A stretch of DNA of 63,864 nt, counting the filler, from Deltaproteobacteria bacterium (GTDB taxonomy: Bacteria; Myxococcota; JACRCW01), in the NCBI GenBank assembly GCA_016218805.1. It is 4 parts of 4 records of this genome, joined end to end, with 100 filler letters (N's around TTAATTAATTAA, not from the genome) between each part and the next. Parts side by side here need not be neighbours in the genome. Positions count along the whole stretch, not along the records: positions 1 to 24,880 come from JACRCW010000049.1; 3 more parts are not named here. One strand, 5' to 3'. Of the stretch, positions 9,520 through 19,001 are shown one piece after another (position 1 is the stretch's first letter; each line of letters starts with the position of its first letter). The translations under genes and the position numbers were made by a program. Below the pieces are notes generated by a model. That model was not told where the DNA came from, searched no databases, and saw nothing but the letters and a program-made list of their open reading frames with translations.

Positions 9520-10696
9520 TCGGTACGCCCCCGAGCAGCCCCTCCACCCACATGCGGGAAAGCGTCCACCCATCCTGCGCCAGGGCGACCATTTCCGGGG
9601 TGATGACCTTCCGTTCCACCGCCGTCCGCCCAGACTCCGTCCGGTCAACCGCGAAGAGGCGGACATCGTCGTTGCCGATTGGCAGGCCGTCGAGGACGAG
9701 CGGGTTGTGCACGGTGAGAAGCGCCTGGCGACCCACGTTCGAACCGAGAATCCACTCGGAGAACGCCTTCATCAGCGCGCGCGCGAAGCGTGGATTCAAT
9801 GCCTGGTCGAAGTTGTCCACTGCGAAGAGCTTCGGCGCGTCCCGGTGCAGCGCGAGAACTGCGGCAAACAGCGCATACAGCGCCCCCTCACTCGCGTCGT
9901 ACGCGCTCAATTGGTCGTGCCCCTCCTGCATGAACTTGTCCGTGAAGCGCACCACCCGTTGAACAGCCGGAACGGCTCGCGACATGAAAGCCTGTTCGGG
10001 CGGAGCAACATCGATGTCACTGGCCCAGCCGATCATGCGAAGGAGCTCCGTCTTGGCTCGCTTGCCGCGGGGAGTTTCGAAGAGTTCGGCGAGGGCGTCC
10101 GCCAGCCGTCCCCCGGCCAGCCCCAGGGGTTTTCCGACGCTTGCGTCCGGAAGCAGCCCGCGAAGGTGCGGCGTGGTAGGCGCGAAGATCCGGTAGTTGC
10201 GCAACCGCCGGAGGAGGATGGACGACGAGGACCGCCGGCCAAGGTTGACGCTTTCGAGCGCGGCCAGCCCCGCTTCCGGATCGAGGTTCCGCTGTAATGC
10301 GGGGGAGCGGCCAACGAGCTTCACCTTGCCTTCGCCGAGGTACTCAGCGTGGTACCTCCACGCCGGAGCGTTCGCATCGGCCCGGTGCCAAAGGCCCACG
10401 TCGTACCGCGCTGTATCCGCCTCGGCCTCGAAGCGAATTTGGGCGTTGAGCTTCGGAGCCGGGAAACACGTCCGGTAGCGGTCAGGGAGTCCGGGGCGCA
10501 CGCCGCGCGTCCTCAGGGTTTCATCATCGACCCGCCCTGCGGCAGCGGCTCCCAGGATGCCGATGGCCTCAAGGACGTTCGTCTTGCCGGAACCATTCGC
10601 GCCGACGAACACGTTCACCCTGCCGAGTTCGAGCGAGACATCATCAAGGGTCTTGAACGCCTTGGCCCGGAAACGCTGGACGTAGAGTTCGCTCAC
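9512..10696 (-). CDS. ABC/AAA_21-type ATPase
   Basis: Walker A GANGSGKT, signature-like ASEG, Walker B variant FAVDNFD, H-loop LTVHNP; GTG start with AAGAGGG RBS. Confidence 0.88.
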   Translation of the reverse strand: MSELYVQRFRAKAFKTLDDVSLELGRVNVFVGANGSGKTNVLEAIGILGAAAAGRVDDETLRTRGVRPGLPDRYRTCFPAPKLNAQIRFEAEADTARYDVGLWHRADANAPAWRYHAEYLGEGKVKLVGRSPALQRNLDPEAGLAALESVNLGRRSSSSILLRRLRNYRIFAPTTPHLRGLLPDASVGKPLGLAGGRLADALAELFETPRGKRAKTELLRMIGWASDIDVAPPEQAFMSRAVPAVQRVVRFTDKFMQEGHDQLSAYDASEGALYALFAAVLALHRDAPKLFAVDNFDQALNPRFARALMKAFSEWILGSNVGRQALLTVHNPLVLDGLPIGNDDVRLFAVDRTESGRTAVERKVITPEMVALAQDGWTLSRMWVEGLLGGVPNV

Positions 10697-10920
10697 GGTG
10701 TCACCCTCTTGATGGCTCCTTCCCGATCCCGCACCCAATGATCCGTTGATGAGCCAGTGAGTCGGTGCGACCCGCCGTGTCCTAGCACCGCTTGGTGGCG
10801 CGGTCCCGTTTCTCACCCGGCCTCGGCGAAGCGCCAAGGCCCTCCGCTCGCGTCATCAGCCGGGTCGGCTACACGCAGGCTTGTGCCCGCAACGCCGGAC
10901 CGCGCGCCGGCAGCGCCGGA

Positions 10921-11131
10921 AAGCGCGCCGGTAACGCGGGGAAGCGCGCCGGTAACGCGGGGAAGCGCGCCGGTAACGCGGGGAAGCGCGCGGGTAACGC
11001 GGGGAAGTGCGCCGGTAACCGTTACCGGTGGCCCTCGGCATGTTACCGGCGGCCCTCGGCATGTTACCGGCGGCCCTCGGCATGTTACCGGCGGCCCTCG
11101 GCGTGTTACCCGGTGCCCTCGGCGCGTTACC
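10921..11131. repeat. Two head-to-head 21-bp tandem arrays (5x AAGCGCGCCGGTAACGCGGGG, then 6x GTTACCGGCGGCCCTCGGCAT)
   Basis: GGTAAC at 10930, 10951, 10972, 10993 and 11014; GTTACC at 11021, 11042, 11063, 11084, 11105 and 11126. Confidence 0.93.
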
Positions 11132-11711
11132 GGGGCTCCTCGCCCAGCACCACGTCCGCCCACAGCACCGCCAGGTCCAGTTCAATCGCGTCAAACGGCT
11201 CCAGCCGCACCTTCGCATCGTCGCGGTGCACGCCGATGACGGAATAGTGCTCCCCCTCCAGGCGCAGGACCTCCACCATGCGCAGCAGCGGGTCCACCAG
11301 CCACACATGCCCCACCTTCTCCCGCGCGTACACCGGGAGCTTCCCGCCGCGGTCCAGGCGTGCCGTCGAACGAGACAAGACCTCGCACGCCCAGTCCGGC
11401 GCGAGCTCGAAGTAGGGAACGTTGGCCACGTGCGGCATGCGCGTGCGTCGCCAGCCGCCCAGGTCGGGCACCAGAATGTCGTCACCGAGGTGAAGTTCCG
11501 GCTCATCCAGGATGATCCACCCGCCCGGACCGCCGCGGCCGCGCTTGAACGGCGGGCCAAGCTCCTCCCCCAGCGTGCTGGCGACGGAAGCATGCGGGCC
11601 GGCGGGCCGCGGATGGAGTTCCAGCATGCCGTCCATGACCTCGGCGACCATGTGCGGCGGGGCGGCGAGGACGTCCTGGTACGTGGCGCGGCGGGCGGCG
11701 GGCAGACCCAT
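11127..11711 (-). CDS. Uma2 family (PD-(D/E)XK) endonuclease
   Basis: Motifs EPELHL..DILVPDLGGW, APDWACEVLS.ST, K..VYA and WLVDP. Confidence 0.92.
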   Translation of the reverse strand: MGLPAARRATYQDVLAAPPHMVAEVMDGMLELHPRPAGPHASVASTLGEELGPPFKRGRGGPGGWIILDEPELHLGDDILVPDLGGWRRTRMPHVANVPYFELAPDWACEVLSRSTARLDRGGKLPVYAREKVGHVWLVDPLLRMVEVLRLEGEHYSVIGVHRDDAKVRLEPFDAIELDLAVLWADVVLGEEPR

Positions 11712-11825
11712 GGGACGAGGATATGCCAACCGCGGACGCTTTCCTCAACCCGTCCCCGCGCCGCTTTTGCAGCCCCCCTCCGCGGGTGGTATCCGACGAG
11801 ACGTCGCACCGACGCGGGAGTGTGC

Positions 11826-14054
11826 ATGGCCCTGGGGATGTTGGGACGGTACCGGCTCATCCGGAAGCTGGCCCAGGGCGGCATGGCCGAGGTGTTCCTG
11901 GCCAAGTCCTACGGCGCACACGGTTTTGAAAAACCGGTGGCCATCAAGCGCATCCTCAGCCGCTTCGCGGAGGACCAGCAGTTTGTCACCATGCTCATTG
12001 ACGAGGCCAAGATCACCAGCCTCCTGAGCCACCCCAACATTGTCCCGGTTATCGACTTCCACGCCGACAACAAGGACTGCTACCTGGTCATGGAATACGT
12101 GCCGGGGCGCAGCATGTCCGGCCTGCTGCGCACGCTGGCCACGGACGAGCGGTCCCTCTCCATTGAGCACCTGCTGCACGTCATCCGTGAAACGGCGATG
12201 GGCCTGCACCACGCGCACATCAAGACGGACCGCGCCGGGCACCCGCTGCGCATTGTCCACCGCGACGTCAGTCCCCAGAACGTGCTGCTGGGGTTTGAGG
12301 GGTACGTGAAGGTGATTGACTTTGGCATTGCCCGGGCGCGCAACCGCCTGGCCAAGACCGAGGCCGGCACGCTGAAAGGCAAGCTGCGCTACCTGGCGCC
12401 GGAGCAGGTGGACGGGCGCGAAGTGGACGGCCGCACCGACCAGTTTGCGCTGGGCATCACGCTGTGGGAGGCGCTCACCGGGCGCGCGCTGTTCAGCGGC
12501 GATTCCGACGTGCAGATCATTGACCAGGTGGTGGCCGCGCGCGTGCCTGACCCGCGCGACTTCAACCGCAAGATCCCCGACGAGCTGGCCCGGGCGCTGA
12601 TGCGCGCGCTGCAGAAGGACAAGGACGCGCGCTTTGCCAGTTGCGAGGCGTTTGCCGCGGACCTGCGCGGCATCCTGGCGCGGCTCAACCCGGACTATGA
12701 CCCGGCTTCCCTGGGGGCGCTGATGCGCACCCAGTTTGCCGCGGACATTGAGGAGGACACGCGCGAAGAGGCGGAGGCGGAAGCGGAACTGGCGCGGGCC
12801 GGCGTGACGGACCCGGTGTCCGGCGAACTGGCCACGCCGCGCATTGCGCCGGCGCCGGAGCACACTTCGCGCGCCGCGGTGCCCGCGTCCATGGCGGCCA
12901 CGGCGGAGGATGTTCCCATCACGCTGCCGCGCGGCGGGAAGATCATTGGCGGGCGCAAGAGCACCCAGGAGCGTGCGCCGGCGGCCGTGGTGCCGGCGGC
13001 GGCGCAGGCGCGCCGGGAGCGGGCGCAGAAGGGGACGCGGGCCGCGGACGCGCGGCGGGTGGCGGAGCAGGAGGCGGCGGCGCCGGAGGCCCCGGACATC
13101 ATCCCGCTGGAGCTGGACAAGCCGGGCGTGGACAAGACGCTCACCGGCACGGAGGAGCCCGGCGGCATGCCTGCTGAGGGCGGCAAGGTGGTGGTGCCCG
13201 TCCCGCGCGGCGTGCCGGTGGCGGGGCCGTCAGAACCCACGCGCGCCGCGTTTGACCTCAAGCAGGTGCCGCCCCGCCGGGAGAAGAAGGCCGCCGCCGC
13301 GCCGGTGCCGCGCGCGCAGCAACGCAGCAGCCTGGCGCTGCTGGCGGTCATCAGCGGCGTGGGCGGTGCGCTCATTGCCATCATCCTGGGGCTGGTGGTG
13401 GCGGGGCGGTTGGACGCCACGCCGGTGCGCAGCTCACCCATGCCGGGCCGGCCCACGGACGCCACCGTGCAGCCCTCGCCGGTGACGCCGCGCCCCGCGC
13501 CCGCGCCCGTTGCCACGCTGTCCGTGGAGGCCATGCCCAACGGCGCCAGGATCATGCTGGACCGGGACGCGCGGCTGGGGCCGGGTGAGGCCACGCGCGT
13601 GGCGCCGGGAAAGCACCGCGTGGTGGTGAGCGCGGACGGGTATGAAACGCAGGAGCGCGAGGTGGAGCTGGCCGCCGGCGATGCGCGCGTGCTCACCGTG
13701 GAGCTCAACCGCGTGCCGCCCAAGGTGGAACCCAAACCGGTGGTGCAGGAACCGCCGCCCCGCCGGGAGCCGCCGCCGCCGCGGCAGGACCCGCCGCCGC
13801 GGCAGGAGCCGCGCAAGGCGCCGCCGGCGGAGCCCCGGCAGGCGGCCAAGGGACAACTCAAGCTGGTGACGCCGGGGACATGGGCCAACATCACGCTGGA
13901 TGGGAAGCGGCTCAAGGAGGTCACGCCGGTGGTGCTGGATGTGCCGGCCGGCGCGCACACGGTGGTGCTCACGCGCGGGGACGGGACGGCCCGCAGTTAC
14001 CCCGTGACGGTGGAGCCCGGCGCGGTGAAGACGCTGCGCGGCGAGTTCGAGTGA
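11826..14054 (+). CDS. Transmembrane Ser/Thr protein kinase with C-terminal PEGA domains
   Basis: LAQGGMAEV, VAIKRI, HRDVSPQN, DFG and GKLRYLAPEQ; TM segment LLAVISGVGGALIAIILGLVV; two PEGA-like repeats. Confidence 0.95.
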   Translation: MALGMLGRYRLIRKLAQGGMAEVFLAKSYGAHGFEKPVAIKRILSRFAEDQQFVTMLIDEAKITSLLSHPNIVPVIDFHADNKDCYLVMEYVPGRSMSGLLRTLATDERSLSIEHLLHVIRETAMGLHHAHIKTDRAGHPLRIVHRDVSPQNVLLGFEGYVKVIDFGIARARNRLAKTEAGTLKGKLRYLAPEQVDGREVDGRTDQFALGITLWEALTGRALFSGDSDVQIIDQVVAARVPDPRDFNRKIPDELARALMRALQKDKDARFASCEAFAADLRGILARLNPDYDPASLGALMRTQFAADIEEDTREEAEAEAELARAGVTDPVSGELATPRIAPAPEHTSRAAVPASMAATAEDVPITLPRGGKIIGGRKSTQERAPAAVVPAAAQARRERAQKGTRAADARRVAEQEAAAPEAPDIIPLELDKPGVDKTLTGTEEPGGMPAEGGKVVVPVPRGVPVAGPSEPTRAAFDLKQVPPRREKKAAAAPVPRAQQRSSLALLAVISGVGGALIAIILGLVVAGRLDATPVRSSPMPGRPTDATVQPSPVTPRPAPAPVATLSVEAMPNGARIMLDRDARLGPGEATRVAPGKHRVVVSADGYETQEREVELAAGDARVLTVELNRVPPKVEPKPVVQEPPPRREPPPPRQDPPPRQEPRKAPPAEPRQAAKGQLKLVTPGTWANITLDGKRLKEVTPVVLDVPAGAHTVVLTRGDGTARSYPVTVEPGAVKTLRGEFE

Positions 14055-15355
14055 CCGCTCCGGCGCGAACCGCGCCTTTCCCGCCGGCACCGCGTTCCGC
14101 TACAACGCGCCGCACTTTGGCCCGCCTGGACAGCTCCGCGCTGCGTGCGCTCCCCCCGCGTGGGGGGGGAGTCAGCCGGTCCGTCCGGGCAGGCCGGGGG
14201 GCGGCCGCGGGGTTGTCCCTGGTGTGCGCGGCGCTGGCGGTGACGGCGTGCCCTTCCCGTCCGGTGCCGGGCAAGCACGGGTGCGTGCGCCAGGTGGACT
14301 GCCAGGGCCGCGAGCGCTGTGACACCGCCACCGGACGCTGCGTGCTGGACGACGGCAGCCTGGATGCGGGTCCGTGCGCGGCCACGCTGGCGGGTTGCAC
14401 GGATGACGCGCTGGCCAACCGCGCCCCGGAATGCGCCACGCCGGTGCCCACGGGCGGTGACCTGTACGCGGACCTGCTGATGTGCCCCACCACCAGGGAC
14501 CACTTCCTGCTGGAGATGGTGGCGGGGGACAAGGTGGAAGTGCTGGCGTGGCCCAGCACGCCGGTGGACCTGGCGCTGTCGCTGACGGACCAGGGCTCCA
14601 GCACGCCACGCGTGAGTGAAACCAACCCGTCCACGGCGCTCACGTACCTGGCCGCGGATGCGCTGCCGTCGGGGTCCTACGTCCTGGGCATCACGGCGCA
14701 GTCCAACGCCACCTACACGCTCATGGTGCGCGTGGGCGGCCCGTGCGTGGATGACGGAGACTGCGCCACCGGCCGCTGCGAACCGATGGCGCCCGACCTG
14801 TACGCCACCGGCACCGTGCCCAGCGGGGAGCTCACGCGCGGCGGCATCTGCGTGGACAACGCCGCCTCCCCGTGCGGTGACAGCGGGACGGAGCCCAACC
14901 GGCGCGCGGATGCCACCACGGTGAGCACCGCGGGGACCACCACGCTGTGGGGGACGTGTACGGCGGACGTGGACTGGGTGCGCTTCAGCGTGCCCGGGGA
15001 CAGCGCGGACGTCACGGTCCGCATCAACTGCTCGTCATCCTCCAACGGGTTCCGGCCGCACCTGCTGCTGCTGGACGGGAGCGGCGCGCTGGAGTGGGCC
15101 GAGCTGCTGTACGACTACTCCATTGGCGGCGAGGCCACGCGCACCATCCCGCGTCTGCGCGGGACCAACGCGGGCACGGACCCGGGTACGCACTACCTGC
15201 GGTTGGCGCAGCTGGCCGGGCCGCTGGGGGGGTCATGCAGCCTCAAGGTGAACGCCACCGCCGCCATCTGTTCCAACGACGGCGACTGCCAGGGTGAGAC
15301 GGAGGCGGCGCGGTTTGGCCGCACCCGTTGCGTCACCAGCGCGTGCGTGCGGTGA
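14051..15355 (+). CDS. Cys-rich putative lipoprotein with PPC-like domains; start uncertain
   Basis: Lipobox-like ALAVTAC, Cys-rich CxxxxDC repeats, and EPN...DVDW motifs typical of PPC-type domains. Confidence 0.65.
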   Translation: MTAPARTAPFPPAPRSATTRRTLARLDSSALRALPPRGGGVSRSVRAGRGAAAGLSLVCAALAVTACPSRPVPGKHGCVRQVDCQGRERCDTATGRCVLDDGSLDAGPCAATLAGCTDDALANRAPECATPVPTGGDLYADLLMCPTTRDHFLLEMVAGDKVEVLAWPSTPVDLALSLTDQGSSTPRVSETNPSTALTYLAADALPSGSYVLGITAQSNATYTLMVRVGGPCVDDGDCATGRCEPMAPDLYATGTVPSGELTRGGICVDNAASPCGDSGTEPNRRADATTVSTAGTTTLWGTCTADVDWVRFSVPGDSADVTVRINCSSSSNGFRPHLLLLDGSGALEWAELLYDYSIGGEATRTIPRLRGTNAGTDPGTHYLRLAQLAGPLGGSCSLKVNATAAICSNDGDCQGETEAARFGRTRCVTSACVR

Positions 15356-15359
15356 GCGG

Positions 15360-15941
15360 TCAGAACAGCCCGGGAACAAACCGCGCCTTGCCGCCCATCA
15401 CCTCGCGGTAGCCGGGGATGGAGAACAGCGTCTCCTCCTCCTTGCGGATGCGCGCAAACAGCACCAGTCCGTTCACCACCGACAGCACCACCGCACTCAG
15501 CCACGCGGTGTGCACCAGCGGAATCACCGCCAGCTCGGTGATCACCACCAGGTAGTTGGGGTGCCGGATGAAGCGGTACGGCCCTTCGGCAACCACGGTG
15601 TTGGGCTTGACGATGCGCGCATTCCACGACCGGCCCAGCGTGGACAGCGCCCACCAGCGCAGCACCTTGGCCAGCGCGTACAGCACCAGCGCCGGCCCGC
15701 CCACCGCCCACAGGAACGGCCGCTTGAGCAGCAGCACCTCCAGCGGTGGCAGCACAAACAGCAGGACGTGCACCAGGATCATGAAGCCCCAGGCCGTCTC
15801 CGGCACGGGGGCCACGCCGTCCTTGCCCCGCTGCACCTGCCGCTGGCGGGACACCCACAGCTCAACCAGGCGCTGCAGCCCCTCCACGCCCAGGACCGCG
15901 GCGAACAGCGCATGCGTCCAGGTGAGATCGGTCAGGCTCAC
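15360..15941 (-). CDS. Isoprenylcysteine carboxyl methyltransferase family protein (SrsB/BpsB-like)
   Basis: RLVEL, LRWWALSTLG..WN.RI, GPYRFIRHPNY and RIRKEE; GTG start overlaps the PKS stop codon. Confidence 0.88.
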   Translation of the reverse strand: MSLTDLTWTHALFAAVLGVEGLQRLVELWVSRQRQVQRGKDGVAPVPETAWGFMILVHVLLFVLPPLEVLLLKRPFLWAVGGPALVLYALAKVLRWWALSTLGRSWNARIVKPNTVVAEGPYRFIRHPNYLVVITELAVIPLVHTAWLSAVVLSVVNGLVLFARIRKEEETLFSIPGYREVMGGKARFVPGLF

Positions 15942-16996
15942 ACTTCCTGCCATTCCAGCAGCGTGCCTTCCGCGGAGAACCCCGGTCCAAACGCCGTCAG
16001 CAGGCCGCGCTGCCCGTGCTTGGGGCGGTAGCGCTCGTACAGGTGCTTGTAGACGACGATCACGGACGCGCTGGAGAGGTTGCCGCACTCCCACAGGCAG
16101 TCCCAGGACGCCTTGATGCGTTCGCGCGGGATGCCAAACACCTGCTCCATGTTCTCCAGCACCTTGCGGCCGCCCGGGTGGAACACAAAGAAGTCCAGTT
16201 GCGCAGGCTGGCAGCCAAAGGGCGCGCACATCCCCGCCAGCACCGGCGCCACCTTGGTGGTCACCGCGTCCGGGATGTCCTTGTCCAGGACAATGGTGAA
16301 GCCGCCCGGGCCGGTATCAAAGCCCATGAAATGGTAGCTGTCCTGGAAGATGTAGCTGTCACTGGAGATGATCTTGGCGCCGGTACGCGGCTTGTCCGTG
16401 ATCACGCAGGCCGCGCACCCGTCACCAAACAGTGACGCCGCCACCAGGTTGGTCATGGAGAAATCATCCGCCTGCACCGTGAGGCTGGGCAGCTCCACCG
16501 CCAGCAGCAGCACCGTGGAGCCCGGGTGCGCCTTGATGAAGTCCCCCGCGCGCGCAATGCCCTGCGCGCCGCCGGCGCAGCCCAGCTCCGTGATGGGGAG
16601 GCGCTTGGTGTTGCGGCGCATGCCCATGTCATTGATGAGGTACGCGTCCAGGGACGGGATCATGAACCCGGTGCATGACGTGGTGATCACGTAGTCAATG
16701 TCCGTGGGCTTCATGTTGGCGTTGTCCAGGGCTTCCTTGGCCGCGCGCATGCCCAGCTTCTTGGTCCATTCAATGTACAGGTCATTGCGGTGCTTGAAGT
16801 CCGTGGGCTTGGCGTTCTCCATGATGGGGCGCACGGAGTAGCGCGTCTCCACCTTGCTGTTCTGGAAGATCTTCTTGATGGAGGACTTGTGCGGGAAGCC
16901 GGGCGGCAGGATGGCATCCAGCATCAGGTCCGCGTCGCGGCTTGCGTGACCCACGTGGTCAGGGAATGCGGTAGCAGGACGACAAATGACAGCCAC
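15938..16996 (-). CDS. Type III polyketide synthase (chalcone synthase-like, SrsA/BpsA type)
   Basis: Catalytic triad LGCAGG, FHPGG and GNLSSAS, plus LFGDG and AFGPGF; GGAGG RBS before GTG 16996. Confidence 0.92.
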   Translation of the reverse strand: MAVICRPATAFPDHVGHASRDADLMLDAILPPGFPHKSSIKKIFQNSKVETRYSVRPIMENAKPTDFKHRNDLYIEWTKKLGMRAAKEALDNANMKPTDIDYVITTSCTGFMIPSLDAYLINDMGMRRNTKRLPITELGCAGGAQGIARAGDFIKAHPGSTVLLLAVELPSLTVQADDFSMTNLVAASLFGDGCAACVITDKPRTGAKIISSDSYIFQDSYHFMGFDTGPGGFTIVLDKDIPDAVTTKVAPVLAGMCAPFGCQPAQLDFFVFHPGGRKVLENMEQVFGIPRERIKASWDCLWECGNLSSASVIVVYKHLYERYRPKHGQRGLLTAFGPGFSAEGTLLEWQEV

Positions 16997-17159
16997 AGCC
17001 AACCTCCAGTGCACCCCCGGTACGACGACAAGAACGCGTGCTCGCGCACTTCCGGTTCCGGGGAGGGCGGGCTTGCTATCCAACCGCCGCGGCGCTTGCA
17101 AGGGAGAATTAAATCACCGTGGAGTGAAATCTCTCGGCGAGACCGGCCCGTGAGAGGGG

Positions 17160-18086
17160 TCACAGGCCGGTGAGGACGGCGCGCAGCGAGTCACGCAGCG
17201 AATGCTCCGCCGTGAATCCGAGCTCCTTGCGGGCACGGCCGCCGTCCACCAGCAGGCTGTACTTGATGTGATCCAGCTCAGGGGCGGGGAAGTTGGTGAG
17301 GCGCAGGCGGTAGAGCCGGTGCAACAGCGGGCGGGCAAGGATCTCCGGCAGCGGCAGGCGCCGCGCGCCCACCTCCTCCAGCGCCATGGACAGCGGGAGC
17401 TGCCCGGGCCCCACAATGTTGAACACGCCGCGGACGCGCTTCTCAATGGCCCGCTCAATGGCGCGCACCACGTCCTGCTCGTGGATCACCTGGATCATGG
17501 GGTCAAAGCCCAGCAGCGTGGGCGCGGTGGGCAGGCGCAGGTAGTTGGACGGCGCGTTGCGCACGCGCCCCAGGATGTGCACGGGCCGCAGGATCACCGT
17601 TTGGATCTCGTGGTGCTTCCAGATGTGCCCCTGGGCAATCATGTCCACGGCAATGAGGTCCCGCAGGTCCGGGAACTTCTGCGCGCCCATCAACGGGGTG
17701 TCCTCGCCAATGAAGCCGTGGTTGAGGCCGCCGGGGCCGTACACGGACGCGGATGACAGCACGACGATCTTCTTCACGCCGTACTTGTGGCAGTGCTCCA
17801 GCAGGCGCGTGATGCCGAGCAGGTTGAAGGTGTGGTGCTCCTGCGCGGTCTGCCGCGGGTCATGCATGACGCCCAGGTGGACCACCGTGTCCGGGCGGTA
17901 GCGGCGGAACACGTCCTGCAGCGCCTTGCGGCGGATGTCCAACCGCACGTGCTCCACGTCCTTGGCGCGGCTGGGCAGCGGGCGGCGGTCCACGCCCACC
18001 ACGTTGTAGCTGCGGTGCAGGTAGCGGGCGGTGAGCTGGCCCAGCGTGCCGGCCAGCCCCGTCATCAACACCGTGCGCCTGGCCAT
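17160..18086 (-). CDS. NAD-dependent epimerase/dehydratase (extended SDR)
   Basis: Motifs TGLAGTLG, VVHLG, LSSASVYG and QVIHEQDV. Confidence 0.85.
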   Translation of the reverse strand: MARRTVLMTGLAGTLGQLTARYLHRSYNVVGVDRRPLPSRAKDVEHVRLDIRRKALQDVFRRYRPDTVVHLGVMHDPRQTAQEHHTFNLLGITRLLEHCHKYGVKKIVVLSSASVYGPGGLNHGFIGEDTPLMGAQKFPDLRDLIAVDMIAQGHIWKHHEIQTVILRPVHILGRVRNAPSNYLRLPTAPTLLGFDPMIQVIHEQDVVRAIERAIEKRVRGVFNIVGPGQLPLSMALEEVGARRLPLPEILARPLLHRLYRLRLTNFPAPELDHIKYSLLVDGGRARKELGFTAEHSLRDSLRAVLTGL

Positions 18087-18098
18087 GCTGCCACCTCG

Positions 18099-18986
18099 TC
18101 AGCGGAAGATGCGCTTGCCGCGCCGCTTGAGTCCGTCCTTCACCATGCGCTGCAGTGTCTCGCGCACCAGCGCCACCTTGCGCCCCACCACGTCGTCCTC
18201 GTCATTGTGGTCACCCTCAAAGTGCATGGGGGCGCCGAATTCAATGTGATACTTGGTGGGCAACGGCAGCGGCAGCCCGGTGAGCGTGACGGGCAGCGCC
18301 GGCATCCCCAGCAACCGCGCCACCGGCTTGAGGTCAAACAGCGCCAGGCTCTGCTCCTCATGCCCGACGACGGCCACCGGGACGATGGGCGTGTGCGTCT
18401 CCAGCGCCTGGCGCATGAAGCCCAGGCCGAACTCGCGCAGCCGGTAGATCTGGTTCCACATCTTGTTGATGCCCTTGCTGCCCTCGGGGAACACCAGCAC
18501 CGCCTCGTCCGCCAGCAGCAGGCGCTTGCAGCTCTCCGGGTCACCAATGACCTGGCCGCAGCGCGCAAACCACGTCCCCACAAACGGCAGCTCCGCGGCC
18601 CAGTGCTCCACCATCGCGCGGCCCAGGCGCGGCACGGGGCGCTCGCCCAGGATGGACATGATGATCATGGCGCCGTCCAGCGGCAGTTGCCCGCCGTGGT
18701 TGGCCACCAGCAGCACGCGCCCGTCCGGGACGTTCTCCACACCGGTCTGCTCCACGCGGAAGTAATGCTTGTACAACCACCAGGCGGGGCCCGCGTACAG
18801 CTTGGTCTCCTCGGGGGAGAACCCAAAGGGGTCCACGCCAAACTCATTGAGGTTGGAGCGGTCCAGCGCGTCCAACCGCGCCGCCAGCCCGCTGGGCGAA
18901 GTGGACTGCAACACCAGCCGGCCCACGTCCCGCAGCGTCATCCCCGCCGGTGCGTTGCCCGCCGCCCTGCGCGCCGCCTTCTCCAT
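18099..18986 (-). CDS. Lysophospholipid/PlsC-like acyltransferase
   Basis: Motifs ANHGGQLPLDG, VFPEG and PIVPVAVVG. Confidence 0.88.
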   Translation of the reverse strand: MEKAARRAAGNAPAGMTLRDVGRLVLQSTSPSGLAARLDALDRSNLNEFGVDPFGFSPEETKLYAGPAWWLYKHYFRVEQTGVENVPDGRVLLVANHGGQLPLDGAMIIMSILGERPVPRLGRAMVEHWAAELPFVGTWFARCGQVIGDPESCKRLLLADEAVLVFPEGSKGINKMWNQIYRLREFGLGFMRQALETHTPIVPVAVVGHEEQSLALFDLKPVARLLGMPALPVTLTGLPLPLPTKYHIEFGAPMHFEGDHNDEDDVVGRKVALVRETLQRMVKDGLKRRGKRIFR

Positions 18987-19001
18987 GGCCCGCCTCCCAC
19001 T

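Noticed and set aside
11028..11825. 266-aa N-terminal extension of the Ser/Thr kinase with ALGMLPA repeats
   Set aside because: It reads through the 21-bp repeat and antisense to Uma2; the kinase domain starts at 11826-11838.
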